Shown here: positions 8,833-18,775 of the stretch, piece after piece | Numbering within the stretch: position 1 is the first letter of the stretch | Layout of the letters: every line of letters starts with the position of its first letter | IMG/VR virus record: IMGVR_UViG_3300037882_001770 | Coordinates: 62,001 to 126,000 of that record | Strand: one strand, 5' to 3' | DNA length: 64,000 bases | Program-made: the position numbers and the translations under genes | Notes under the pieces: model-generated | What the model saw: only the letters and a program-made list of their open reading frames with translations | Database searches by the model: none | Told to the model about the DNA's origin: nothing

Positions 8833-9332
8833 CTGCGTGGATCTTCTCTATGGTGGAACAGCATTTCTAAATATTCCTCCGGCCAAGTATCATAAAATCC
8901 TTTGGCTCCCATGACTTTTGCTTTGTCATTTAGGTCACTTAGGCTTTGAACCAATGCTAGTGCGTATGTTCCTTGATTCATGCAAACACCATTAACCATT
9001 TCCGAATCGTCTGGGTGATCTGCTAATGCCAGTAAATTGTTGCGAACCAAAAACTGTTCATTGAGGTTGTTGATGGTTGTGTTAAATTGGTTGGCGGCAT
9101 AATGATGCCCTTCGTAGACCACAATAACTACGCTTTTGTTTATGCCGTTACGACTAATTTCCGCCAAGTCGGAACCCAAATCTTTGCCAAGTCTTACTTC
9201 AAAGTCACGTTCCAGTCTGGCTTTACGAGCATACGGACAAGGCGGCCACCCACCCAGTGCTGGATTTTTAACTTCTACAAAATCCACAAGCCAGCGTTCA
9301 ATATCTAATTTTACAGTATCTAAGTTTAACAT
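8829..9332 (-). CDS. DUF1415-like protein
   Basis: IERWLVDFV...WPPCPYA...ADHP motif. Confidence 0.55.
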   Translation of the reverse strand: MLNLDTVKLDIERWLVDFVEVKNPALGGWPPCPYARKARLERDFEVRLGKDLGSDLAEISRNGINKSVVIVVYEGHHYAANQFNTTINNLNEQFLVRNNLLALADHPDDSEMVNGVCMNQGTYALALVQSLSDLNDKAKVMGAKGFYDTWPEEYLEMLFHHREDPRR

Positions 9333-9544
9333 TAAAAGAAAGGTAATCCTGATTTTTTTGTTGTTTCTAGATTGTCTTTGACCAACTGACTAATTACAGA
9401 TCTTTCGCTAGTGCTGAGTTGCATGGCTTGATCGTAGGTTATTCCACCTCTCATATACCAACACATGGTCAACGCCTCCTTACGTATGTCTACAGTTTCT
9501 TTTTCCATCTGATCAACCATCTTGGAAATTTGATCAGAGTTCAA
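9332..9544 (-). CDS. Baseplate hub assembly protein, gp51-like
   Basis: 70 aa, WYMRGGITYDQAMQL...ER motif, follows the gp26-like gene. Confidence 0.6.
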   Translation of the reverse strand: MNSDQISKMVDQMEKETVDIRKEALTMCWYMRGGITYDQAMQLSTSERSVISQLVKDNLETTKKSGLPFF

Positions 9545-9546
9545 GA

Positions 9547-10386
9547 TTAGGAGGCGGGCCCGAAAAAACTGGACATATCCAATGTTACTGTTTGTTCGTA
9601 TTCGTGTTTACACTCAGGGCAAGTTATGTTGATTGGCTGTAACTCACCGCTGGATTTGATATCAATAATATGATCTCTGATCTTGTTAAACAAAGTGCGA
9701 TCACAATTTTTCAAAAGTTCTTCAATGTATTCGGGTTCGGTTACCATGGACTGTGGTGTCTTAACAGCGGATATGCTTTGTGCCAATGCCTTGACTGTGA
9801 TTTCGGTCACTCGTTTAAGGGCTGCACTCAACGCTGACATTTTTTCAGTGTCAGGCACATCCGTATCGGGCAACACCTGCAATAGCTTTTGCTGTTCAAA
9901 TTGCAGTTGATTGTTGTCATTGAGATTTTTGTAGGTCATGGGTCTAAAGTAGATTTCCATGTCACCTGATTTGATTGTTTTGGAATAGTCGGGCGCCCGC
10001 ATGCGATCTAACACACTGCGCAAGTCTAGCACATGCTCGCATTCGTGTTGGCATTTTGGACATCTTGTGCCAAAATCCATGCTATGGCCGTAACTAGCAA
10101 TTCGTATAGCTACTAACAAGGTATCCACATCCATGGCAGGTGTAGCCCAGGCATCTTTGACGGACGGAATACAGCTCTCAATGGCATTAACTGTAGCCTG
10201 TCCGTTGTACAACGCATCCGGTGTGCGATAGTTAATTTCGTCGATTGCAGTCATGGGCAACACCGGCACTTCGCCGTTGGTTGGCATTTCCAATGCGCCA
10301 GGCGGATAAAACTGCCCTTGGCTGGGTAAACGTATATAAATCGACGGTTGTCTAAAATATTGTTGTAAAGGGTTGTTTGCGCTCAT
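9547..10386 (-). CDS. Baseplate hub subunit, gp26-like
   Basis: NPLQQYFRQP..YIRLPS, MTAIDE...LLVAIRIASYG, two CxxC motifs (CPKC, CPEC). Confidence 0.75.
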   Translation of the reverse strand: MSANNPLQQYFRQPSIYIRLPSQGQFYPPGALEMPTNGEVPVLPMTAIDEINYRTPDALYNGQATVNAIESCIPSVKDAWATPAMDVDTLLVAIRIASYGHSMDFGTRCPKCQHECEHVLDLRSVLDRMRAPDYSKTIKSGDMEIYFRPMTYKNLNDNNQLQFEQQKLLQVLPDTDVPDTEKMSALSAALKRVTEITVKALAQSISAVKTPQSMVTEPEYIEELLKNCDRTLFNKIRDHIIDIKSSGELQPINITCPECKHEYEQTVTLDMSSFFGPAS

Positions 10387-10410
10387 TTTTTACCTCGGTA
10401 AATAGTAATT

Positions 10411-12618
10411 ATGGCAGACCAATTCGACCCCCAACAATTTCAAGAAGCGTTAGAAGCCTACGAAAACGAAATACGTACTCTGGGCAAGGCCACGGCCGAA
10501 ACAAGAGCTGCATTCCAAGACGCCAAAGCGGCAATAAGACAGCACCAAGCACAAGTGGATGCATCCTGGAAAAAATTAGGAACAAGCGCCACCGACCTGA
10601 CAAAAGGTCTGTACAAAGGCGAAAAAGGTGTTGGTGTTTTTGGAGATGCAGTCGAAACTGCTGGAACTGCGTTACAGACACTAATACTGTTGATACCGGG
10701 CATTGGAATTGCAGCCAAGGCGGCAGCTTTTGCTATTGGCGCCTTTGCTAAGGGTGTTAACGCAGCTGCAAAACAGGGCGATCAACTTTATAAAACCTAT
10801 CAGGATCTAAGCAAAGCCGGCGCAACAACATCTGGCGGTATCCAAGATGTCTTTAGCAACATGCAGAAGTTTGGATATGGCCTCGAGGAACTGGATAAAA
10901 TGGTTTCGTTGGTGTCGGCTAATGCCGAAACCTTGGCCAAATTCAGTTTAACAGCCGGCGAAGGTGCCAGCGCATTTGCCCAAGGCATGCAACAGCTACA
11001 ACGAGATCAGAGTCTACGTGAACTGGGCAAAACCACAGACGATATCAATAATGCTGGCGCCGCATACATTAGACAGCAGGTAGCACTGGGCAGAAATCAA
11101 CGAGACATTGGAGATTCACTCAACAAGACCACTAGAGCTTATATTTTAGAACTGGATCATTTACAGCGCCTGACAGGTAAGAGTGCAGAACAGTTACAAA
11201 AAGAACAAGACGAAGCTCTTGCCGAAGATGCGTACAATCAAGTCATGTCCGAGTTGCAAGATCGTGCCGCCCAAGGCGATGCGGCAGCCGCAGCTCAGAT
11301 AGAAAAAATCAAATCAGTCATGGCAAACATATCGCCTGACTTGCGTAAAGAACTAGCACTCAGTATTGGTGGTGATGTAAGTGCCGCACAAAAATTAATG
11401 ATGTCAGCACCTAGCTTGCTGGGCAACGTGATGAATGAAAGCAAGGGCACAATTGATACCTTGCGTGAAGCTGGAAAAGATCTAACTAGAACCGCAGATG
11501 TGTTTGGTAAAGGTGCCAAAGTTGGTGCGTACGACAGAGAAATTTTTGGCACACTCAAAGATGCTCGAGTGTTTGGCAAGGCACTGGAAAATATTGAAGA
11601 ACGTGATATTGCTGCCAAGAAAAATGCCCACGTTATTGACGATTCAACCAAGTCCATAACCGAAACGCAAATAGCACAAATGAACAGCAGAGATGCTCTG
11701 CAAGGGTTTGTACAACTTGGGGTTGCTCCGGCCACTGCTGCCCTGGGAGGCCTAGCATCAGCAGTTGATGATGTGACCAGTATGTTACCGGGCGCCAAGT
11801 CCACTCCGGGCAAAGGAATGAATACTCCTGGATACGGTGCACAAGGTACCGGCACTAGAGGTGGCAGTGTCGGAAGCATGGCCGCTGGAGCAGCCACAGG
11901 CGCAGTAGTTGGATCAGTTGTTCCAGTTATTGGAACCGGTATTGGTGCAGCCATTGGCGCAGCCGCTGGATACCTTGGATACGGTGCATTTGGTGGCACA
12001 TCAGACAAGCCCGAGGATTACTTAAAATTTGGTGGGCAAAGCGGAAGCAAGGAAGCGTTTGGCAAACTAAACCCAGACATTCAGAAAAGTTTGCTGGCCG
12101 CCGGCAAACAGTACAAAGACATCACAGGCAACATGTTGACCGTTAACAGCGCCTTCCGAGACAGCGAAAAACAAAAAGAGCTGTATGACGCATGGATAGC
12201 CCGTGGCAAAACTGGCATGCCGGTGGCGCCCCCAGGCAGAAGCTCGCACGAAACCGGGCAAGCTGTGGACATTGAACAAGGCAAAAACGATCGCCAGGCG
12301 ATTTCGGCACTTAATGCAGCAGGTTTGTTCCAGACGGTGGCCAACGATCCGGTACACTTTAGCAAAACCAGCGGATACAAATTTGGCGGTATTGCAACCG
12401 GTCCCAGCAGCGGCTACCAGACTCTGTTGCATGGCACAGAAGCTGTGGTGCCCTTACCAGACGGCAAAACAATTCCAGTAGAAATACCCGGATTTACAAC
12501 CAATCTGACAGACCAAACTAGTTTAATGACGCAACAGCTTGACAAGTTAGACGAGCTGGTTAGAACTATGCAAACTCAAGTTAGTGTCAGCACTAAGATA
12601 TTACAACATACACAATAA
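10411..12618 (+). CDS. Tape-measure-like tail protein with C-terminal peptidase M15 (VanY-like) domain
   Basis: Ala/Gly-rich helical N-terminus; SAFR...Q...APPGRSSHETGQAVDI...DPVHF zinc-peptidase motifs; GGIATGP...LHGTEAVVPL tail. Confidence 0.7.
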   Translation: MADQFDPQQFQEALEAYENEIRTLGKATAETRAAFQDAKAAIRQHQAQVDASWKKLGTSATDLTKGLYKGEKGVGVFGDAVETAGTALQTLILLIPGIGIAAKAAAFAIGAFAKGVNAAAKQGDQLYKTYQDLSKAGATTSGGIQDVFSNMQKFGYGLEELDKMVSLVSANAETLAKFSLTAGEGASAFAQGMQQLQRDQSLRELGKTTDDINNAGAAYIRQQVALGRNQRDIGDSLNKTTRAYILELDHLQRLTGKSAEQLQKEQDEALAEDAYNQVMSELQDRAAQGDAAAAAQIEKIKSVMANISPDLRKELALSIGGDVSAAQKLMMSAPSLLGNVMNESKGTIDTLREAGKDLTRTADVFGKGAKVGAYDREIFGTLKDARVFGKALENIEERDIAAKKNAHVIDDSTKSITETQIAQMNSRDALQGFVQLGVAPATAALGGLASAVDDVTSMLPGAKSTPGKGMNTPGYGAQGTGTRGGSVGSMAAGAATGAVVGSVVPVIGTGIGAAIGAAAGYLGYGAFGGTSDKPEDYLKFGGQSGSKEAFGKLNPDIQKSLLAAGKQYKDITGNMLTVNSAFRDSEKQKELYDAWIARGKTGMPVAPPGRSSHETGQAVDIEQGKNDRQAISALNAAGLFQTVANDPVHFSKTSGYKFGGIATGPSSGYQTLLHGTEAVVPLPDGKTIPVEIPGFTTNLTDQTSLMTQQLDKLDELVRTMQTQVSVSTKILQHTQ

Positions 12619-12636
12619 CCCGCTAAATATAAAACT

Positions 12637-14430
12637 ATGTCATGGAAAAAATATTTCAAAGTTGCTGACACAAACGGACAACTTAGCCCAATATCAGGGC
12701 AGAACCAATTTGGGTTGCCTGGCTACAATCGTCAAACAGGCGGCGGTGCTAACTTAGCTACTGGCAACGATTTTGCATTTCGTAACTATGCTAGCCGGCT
12801 TCCAGAAGTATATTCTGGACACCCAAATCGAATCGAGCGTTATAACCAATATGAAAACATGGATTGTGACTCAGAAGTTAATGCCTGTTTGGACATTATC
12901 GCCGAGTTCTCGACGCAGATCAATGAAGACAATCAGACTCCGTTTGAAATCAGTTTTTCAGACAAGCCAACAGATCACGAAGTAGACATTATCAAAAAGC
13001 AATTACAGCAGTGGACCAAGTTAAACAAGTTAGATCAACGTATTTTTAAATTGTTCCGCAACACCATCAAGTATGGTGATCAAGTATTTGTGCGTGACCC
13101 AGAAACATTTGAAATGTACTGGGTTGACATGGTAAAGGTAGCACGTATTATTGTAAACGAAAGCGAAGGCAAGCGGCCTGAACAATACGTTATTCGTGAT
13201 ATCAATCCTAATTTTCAAAATTTAAGTATTGCAGCCAAAACAACTAGCGACTACTATGTGAGCCGAGCCATGGGTGGTGGAATGCAAACCAATCCAACTA
13301 ACCCAGGTGGTGGTGGAGGAGGAAACGGTGGCGGAGACGTGGGCAATAGCAGATTTACACAAGCTATGAACGAAACCTGCCTGGATGCTCGACATGTGAT
13401 ACACATGAGCCTAAATGAGGGTCTGGATTACTTCTGGCCATTTGGACAAAGTATCCTAGAAAACATATTCAAAGTTTTCAAACAAAAAGAATTGCTTGAA
13501 GACTCGGTGTTGATCTATCGTGTACAACGTGCACCAGAGCGCAGAATTTTCAAAATTGACGTGGGCAATATGCCTAGTCACATGGCCATGGCCTTTGTTG
13601 AGCGGGTTAAAAACGAGATGCATCAGCGTCGTATTCCTACTAATTCTGGCGGTGGTAACAACATGATGGATGCTAGTTATAATCCGTTGTCAATCAACGA
13701 AGATTACTTTTTCCCTCAAACTGCCGAAGGTCGCGGATCTAGCGTGGAAACCTTGCCAGGCGGATCAAATCTAGGTGAAATTGACGATTTAAAATATTTT
13801 AACAACAAAATGGCACGTGGATTGCGTGTACCAAGTAGCTACTTGCCAACCGGTCCTGATGACTCAGACCGTGCAATGAATGACGGTCGAGTAGGCACAG
13901 CACTGATTCAAGAATACCGTTTTAACCAGTACTGCGAACGGTTACAAACGTTGATTATGCAAAAACTTGACGATGAATTCAAAATGTTCATGCGTTGGAG
14001 AGGCTTTAACATCGATTCTGGGCTGTTTAACATTACCCTGTGCGCACCACAAAACTTTGCCAGCTATCGTCAAGCCGAGCTAGATACCAGTCGTATTACA
14101 GCATTTACACAGCTAGAGCAGATGCCGTATTTTAGCAAACGTTTTATGATGAAACGTTATCTTGGATTGACTGAAGAAGAAATTGTTGAAAACGAACAGC
14201 TTTGGAAAGAAGAACGTGATCAGCCTGAGCTACAGACAACACAAGGACAAGATCTACGCAGTATCGGTATTACACCTGCCGGTATTGAGTCGGATTTAGC
14301 AACTGGTGAAGAGTTGGCATCAACTGAAACTGGTCTAGAAGCCGGAGCTCCGCAGGGCGGCGTACCACCGGCTGCACCAACCAGCACTGCTCCTACCGGA
14401 CCGGCAGCGCCTTCGGTGCCAGGATTATAA
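12637..14430 (+). CDS. Portal protein gp20
   Basis: LEDSVLIYRVQRAPERRIFKIDVGNMP, EDYFFP...GRGSSVETLPGGSNLGEIDD. Confidence 0.95.
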   Translation: MSWKKYFKVADTNGQLSPISGQNQFGLPGYNRQTGGGANLATGNDFAFRNYASRLPEVYSGHPNRIERYNQYENMDCDSEVNACLDIIAEFSTQINEDNQTPFEISFSDKPTDHEVDIIKKQLQQWTKLNKLDQRIFKLFRNTIKYGDQVFVRDPETFEMYWVDMVKVARIIVNESEGKRPEQYVIRDINPNFQNLSIAAKTTSDYYVSRAMGGGMQTNPTNPGGGGGGNGGGDVGNSRFTQAMNETCLDARHVIHMSLNEGLDYFWPFGQSILENIFKVFKQKELLEDSVLIYRVQRAPERRIFKIDVGNMPSHMAMAFVERVKNEMHQRRIPTNSGGGNNMMDASYNPLSINEDYFFPQTAEGRGSSVETLPGGSNLGEIDDLKYFNNKMARGLRVPSSYLPTGPDDSDRAMNDGRVGTALIQEYRFNQYCERLQTLIMQKLDDEFKMFMRWRGFNIDSGLFNITLCAPQNFASYRQAELDTSRITAFTQLEQMPYFSKRFMMKRYLGLTEEEIVENEQLWKEERDQPELQTTQGQDLRSIGITPAGIESDLATGEELASTETGLEAGAPQGGVPPAAPTSTAPTGPAAPSVPGL

Positions 14431-14437
14431 ATACAAG

Positions 14438-14656
14438 ATGATCCTTAACGAATTATACCAACGTAGTCCTGATGCTTATCAGGATCTTAGTCAAGACAAC
14501 AGCCAACCCGAGTTGGAAAATCTTCGTAAAACTCGGCTGACGTTAAAACAGATCAACAAGTTGCGTCAAATGAATGATGTTCGCAGTTATGAATACAAAG
14601 AAAAGCTCAAACAGGTGCGTCAACAGTATGCACCGCCGGCTCAGCCACTAGTATAA
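14438..14656 (+). CDS. Small head-associated protein
   Basis: 72 aa, between portal and core genes, own TATAAATA promoter. Confidence 0.55.
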   Translation: MILNELYQRSPDAYQDLSQDNSQPELENLRKTRLTLKQINKLRQMNDVRSYEYKEKLKQVRQQYAPPAQPLV

Positions 14657-14753
14657 AAAAATAGGCCATTTCTGGCCATATTTCTACCCTAAAAGTACCA
14701 AGATTATAGATAATATGTAAATATATCTACGAGCCATACCTTAAGGAGAAATT

Positions 14754-15572
14754 ATGACATCGAAATTTGAACAGTTAATTGAATATGTAATTAACGATGA
14801 AGAAGCAAAAGCTAAAGAGCTTTTCCACGATATCGTGGTAGAAAAATCCCGTGAAATTTATGAAAATTTAATGGATGAGTCTGAAGAGTTAGACGAAGAG
14901 TCTGACGCTGAGCGCGACGATCATGCCGAAAAAGCTGGCGAAAAAGTAGCCAAGGATATTGAGTATGACGAAAAGATGGACGAATCATTTGGCGGCGACG
15001 CCAGTGACGACTTGATCGACGACGTAGAAGCCGAAGAACAAGGCATGCAAGAAGCCGAAGAAGAAGTCGAAATCGACGCCGAAGAAGAAGGCGAAGGCGA
15101 TATTGAAGACCGCGTTGTTGACTTAGAAGACAAGTTAGACGAATTAATGGCTGAATTTGAAGCTCTTATGGGCGACGAAGAAGTTGAAACTTCAGACGAC
15201 GAAGTAGTTGACATTGACGGCGGCGACGCTTTGGAAATGGACGACACAGACACAGCTGAATTCAGCGACGAGGAAATGGGCATGATGGAAGCTGTTAGTT
15301 TAGCAGCGGCACCAAAGCCAGTGACTTCTGAGCCAGCAGGTACAAACACCAAAAGCACAAACGCTAACAACAGCGGTGCAGCAGGTGCAGCGGCTAAGCC
15401 AGTTACAACAACTGGTGCAGAAGCTAAAGGTCGTCCAGCACCATCAGCTGGTGAGTTAATTGGTAAAGTACAAAATTCTGTAGGCGGTAACAAAACAATG
15501 TCTCCAGCTACCAAGCCAGTTACAACTCAAGCCACTGGTGTTAATACAAAAACACCTTTTCCTAAGGCTTAA
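14754..15572 (+). CDS. Acidic prohead core protein (gp67/68-like position)
   Basis: Very Asp/Glu-rich, many xxE sites, directly upstream of the protease; strong SD. Confidence 0.6.
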   Translation: MTSKFEQLIEYVINDEEAKAKELFHDIVVEKSREIYENLMDESEELDEESDAERDDHAEKAGEKVAKDIEYDEKMDESFGGDASDDLIDDVEAEEQGMQEAEEEVEIDAEEEGEGDIEDRVVDLEDKLDELMAEFEALMGDEEVETSDDEVVDIDGGDALEMDDTDTAEFSDEEMGMMEAVSLAAAPKPVTSEPAGTNTKSTNANNSGAAGAAAKPVTTTGAEAKGRPAPSAGELIGKVQNSVGGNKTMSPATKPVTTQATGVNTKTPFPKA

Positions 15573-15580
15573 TTAGAGAT

Positions 15581-16231
15581 ATGGCTCGATATCTACAAGA
15601 ACATCTAAGCTTCACTCAAGCACGTGCCGAGGTACTGCTCGAGGAAGCCAAAGATGGCTCTGGACAGAAAACCATGAAGTTAAAGGGTATCTGCATTGAG
15701 GGCGGCGTACGAAACGCAAACGAGCGAGTATATCCAGTAAGTGAAATTGCCAAAGCAGTAGACACTATCAACGAACAAATTAAAACAGGTCATTCGGTAC
15801 TGGGCGAAGTTGATCACCCAGATGATCTTAAAATTAATTTGGATCGTGTAAGTCACATGATTGAAAACATGTGGATGGATGGCCCTGCAGGAATGGGCAC
15901 ACTCAAGATATTACCTACACCGATGGGCGAACTGGTTAAAACCATGTTGCAGTCTGGTGTTAAATTAGGGGTTAGTAGTCGTGGATCAGGAAATGTAAAC
16001 GACGCAAACGGACATGTCAGTGACTTTGAAATTGTCACTGTAGATGTGGTTGCTCAGCCAAGTGCTCCAAATGCATATCCAACAGCAATTTATGAAGGTC
16101 TCTTGAATCACAGAGGCGGTCAGAAATTATTAGATATGTTCAAAGACCCGGCGCAGAGCGGCAAAGCACAGAGATATGTAAAAAGCGAAGTAATTCGTTT
16201 GATACAAGGTCTCAAGATTGAAGGGAAATAA
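15581..16231 (+). CDS. Prohead protease gp21
   Basis: NANERVYP, LGEVDHP, LDRVSH, GVSSRGSG, DVVAQPSAPNA. Confidence 0.95.
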   Translation: MARYLQEHLSFTQARAEVLLEEAKDGSGQKTMKLKGICIEGGVRNANERVYPVSEIAKAVDTINEQIKTGHSVLGEVDHPDDLKINLDRVSHMIENMWMDGPAGMGTLKILPTPMGELVKTMLQSGVKLGVSSRGSGNVNDANGHVSDFEIVTVDVVAQPSAPNAYPTAIYEGLLNHRGGQKLLDMFKDPAQSGKAQRYVKSEVIRLIQGLKIEGK

Positions 16232-16232
16232 T

Positions 16233-17327
16233 ATGCTAGATGCTATTAAACCGTTACTAGATAGCGACTTGATTAACGAAGAAGCTCAACAGCAGATCTC
16301 AGAAGCATGGGAAGCAAAGTTGAACGAAGCTCGTGAACAGGTACGTGCAGAACTCCGCGAAGAGTTTGCACAACGCTATGAGCATGACAAAACAGTGATG
16401 GTGGAAGCCCTAGATCGTATGGTAACAGAAGGTCTTGCAGTAGAACTACAACAAGTACAAGCCGAAAAGCAAGCACTTGCTGAAGATCGTGTCAAGTTCC
16501 AAACCAAAATGAGCGAAAGCGCCACAAAGTTTAATAACTTTATGGTAACCAAATTGGCTGAAGAAATTGGCGAACTGCGCAAAGACCGCAAGATGCATAA
16601 CGAAGGTATGGAAAAGCTGGAAGGCTTTGTTGTACATGCACTTGCACGTGAGATTCAAGAATTTGCACAAGACAAACAAGACGTAGTTAACACTAAGGTT
16701 CGTTTGGTGCGTGAAGCTCGTAATCAGTTGGAAACACTCAAAGCTCGATTCGTAACAGAATCGGCTAAGAAAATGTCCAACGCTGTTAGCACACATCTTA
16801 AGGCTGAACTTAACCAGTTGCAAGAAGACATTAAAGTTGCTCGCGAGAACAATTTTGGTCGTCGTATTTTTGAAGCATACGCAGCAGAATTTGGTGCTAC
16901 TCATTTAAATGAGAAAGCCGAAGTTCGCAAGTTGCATGATATGATTGCTCAGAAAGATGCAAAACTGGCCGAGGCCATCGAAATCACCCAGAAGGCTAAG
17001 ACCCTGGTTGAATCAAAAGAACGCGAAATGCGTATCCTTAAAGAATCTAATCAGCGTGAAGCTGCTTTAGAGGAACTGCTGTCTCCTTTAAACAAGGAAA
17101 AAGCAGAAGTGATGCGTAATTTGCTCGAAAGCGTACAGACAGCACGTTTGTCCAATGCTTTTGAAAAGTATCTACCAGCTGTCCTCGCAGAAGGTTCAGT
17201 AAAAGCCAATAAGGTGATTACAGAATCAGTAAGCGTAGCAACTGGCGATAAATCTGCCCGTGTCATTGAAGAAGAAAATCAAAGCGAAAGCCAAATTATC
17301 GACTTCAAGCGGTTGGCAGGGCTGTAA
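16233..17327 (+). CDS. Prohead core scaffold gp22
   Basis: Coiled-coil protein between gp21 and gp23; start MLDAIK; C-terminal KRLAGL. Confidence 0.85.
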   Translation: MLDAIKPLLDSDLINEEAQQQISEAWEAKLNEAREQVRAELREEFAQRYEHDKTVMVEALDRMVTEGLAVELQQVQAEKQALAEDRVKFQTKMSESATKFNNFMVTKLAEEIGELRKDRKMHNEGMEKLEGFVVHALAREIQEFAQDKQDVVNTKVRLVREARNQLETLKARFVTESAKKMSNAVSTHLKAELNQLQEDIKVARENNFGRRIFEAYAAEFGATHLNEKAEVRKLHDMIAQKDAKLAEAIEITQKAKTLVESKEREMRILKESNQREAALEELLSPLNKEKAEVMRNLLESVQTARLSNAFEKYLPAVLAEGSVKANKVITESVSVATGDKSARVIEEENQSESQIIDFKRLAGL

Positions 17328-17354
17328 TTTAAAGATTAAACAAAGGAGACTTAA

Positions 17355-18551
17355 ATGTCACAAGAATTATTAGAAGGTCGTTGGGACGATACCAAAGAAG
17401 CGTTGCTAGAAGGCCTACAAGGCTCAAAGCGCAATTCCATGAGCGTTATCCTCGAGAACACAAAGAAGTACTTGAAAGAGAACGCTTCTGCAGGTTCAAC
17501 AACATCTGGCAACATTGCTACACTTAACCGTGTAATTCTGCCAGTTATTCGACGTGTTATGCCAACAGTTATTGCTAACGAGTTGGTAGGCGTACAGCCA
17601 ATGACAGGTCCAGTGGGTCAGATTCACACATTACGTGTTCGTTATGCTCAGTCTTTAACAGACAACAGCGCAGCGGCAACAAGCGTAACAGCTGGCCAAG
17701 AAGCATTGTCACCATTCACAATCGCTACAGCGTATTCCACAGTTCCAACAGCTCAAACTGTTGCAACAGGCTACACTGGTAACAACACAGCGAACATGGA
17801 AGGTACAGGCGGTAAGCAAATTTCTGTACAGATCTTGAAACAAGCTGTTGAAGCTAAGACACGTAAGTTACAAGCTCGTTGGACATTTGAATCTGCACAA
17901 GACGCACAAGCCATGCATGGTATTGACGTTGAAGCAGAAATCATGGCTGCTCTTGCACAAGAGATCACAGCTGAGATTGATCAAGAGATCCTCTTGTCTT
18001 TACGTACATTGGCTGCTACAGAGTACACATACAACCAAGCTACTGTATCTGGTACTGCTACATTCGTTGGTGACGAACATGCTGCTTTAGCTGTTTTGAT
18101 CAACCGTGTTGCTAACTTGATCGCTCAACGCACACGTCGTGGTGCAGGTAACTACGCTGTTGTAAGTTCTGCTGCTTTAACTGTGTTGCAATCTGCAACA
18201 ACTTCTGCTTTTGCTCGTACAACAGAAGGCACATTCGAAGCACCTACAAACACCAAGTTTGTTGGTACATTGAACGGTGCAATGCGTGTTTTCGTTGATA
18301 GCTATGCTAGCGACACAACACCAGTATTGGTTGGTTACAAAGGTTCATCAGAAGCTGATGCTCCTGCGTTCTACTGCCCATACATTCCTTTGATGAGCTC
18401 AGGCGTTGTATTGGATCCATCAACATTCGAACCAGTCGTATCATTCATGACACGTTACGGCTTCGTTGAGTTGACCAACACAGCATCATCTTTCGGTAAC
18501 GCTGCCGACTATGTTGGGGAAATTGCCGTTCAAAACTTGTCATTCTCTTAA
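17355..18551 (+). CDS. Major capsid protein gp23
   Basis: VGVQPMTGPVGQIHTLR, VEAKTRKLQARW, AEIDQE, FYCPYIPL, FMTRYG. Confidence 0.97.
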   Translation: MSQELLEGRWDDTKEALLEGLQGSKRNSMSVILENTKKYLKENASAGSTTSGNIATLNRVILPVIRRVMPTVIANELVGVQPMTGPVGQIHTLRVRYAQSLTDNSAAATSVTAGQEALSPFTIATAYSTVPTAQTVATGYTGNNTANMEGTGGKQISVQILKQAVEAKTRKLQARWTFESAQDAQAMHGIDVEAEIMAALAQEITAEIDQEILLSLRTLAATEYTYNQATVSGTATFVGDEHAALAVLINRVANLIAQRTRRGAGNYAVVSSAALTVLQSATTSAFARTTEGTFEAPTNTKFVGTLNGAMRVFVDSYASDTTPVLVGYKGSSEADAPAFYCPYIPLMSSGVVLDPSTFEPVVSFMTRYGFVELTNTASSFGNAADYVGEIAVQNLSFS

Positions 18552-18595
18552 TCAGAGATTGTTTGTTTTATTCAACCCAGGGATGGGAAGAATGG

Positions 18596-18619
18596 AAAAG
18601 CCCCGAAAGGGGCTTTTTT
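18596..18619 (+). terminator. Intrinsic terminator after gp23
   Basis: AAAAGCCCC-GAAA-GGGGCTTTTTT. Confidence 0.9.
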
Positions 18620-18640
18620 GTTGGCCACATAAATATTGTT

Positions 18641-18775
18641 ATGATAACAGCAATAAATTTTTCTGGTAGCAACAAGATTAAACACCCGGTGGTTATTGGA
18701 AACCCTGCCGGGTATTATCACGCAACACCAGCACCGGTAGCAGTGCCGGTACACATAAAAACAGTAGGTAACTAA
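18641..18775 (+). CDS. Small hypothetical protein (44 aa)
   Basis: TAAATA 5 nt upstream of the ATG; TAATG coupling to the next gene. Confidence 0.45.
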   Translation: MITAINFSGSNKIKHPVVIGNPAGYYHATPAPVAVPVHIKTVGN

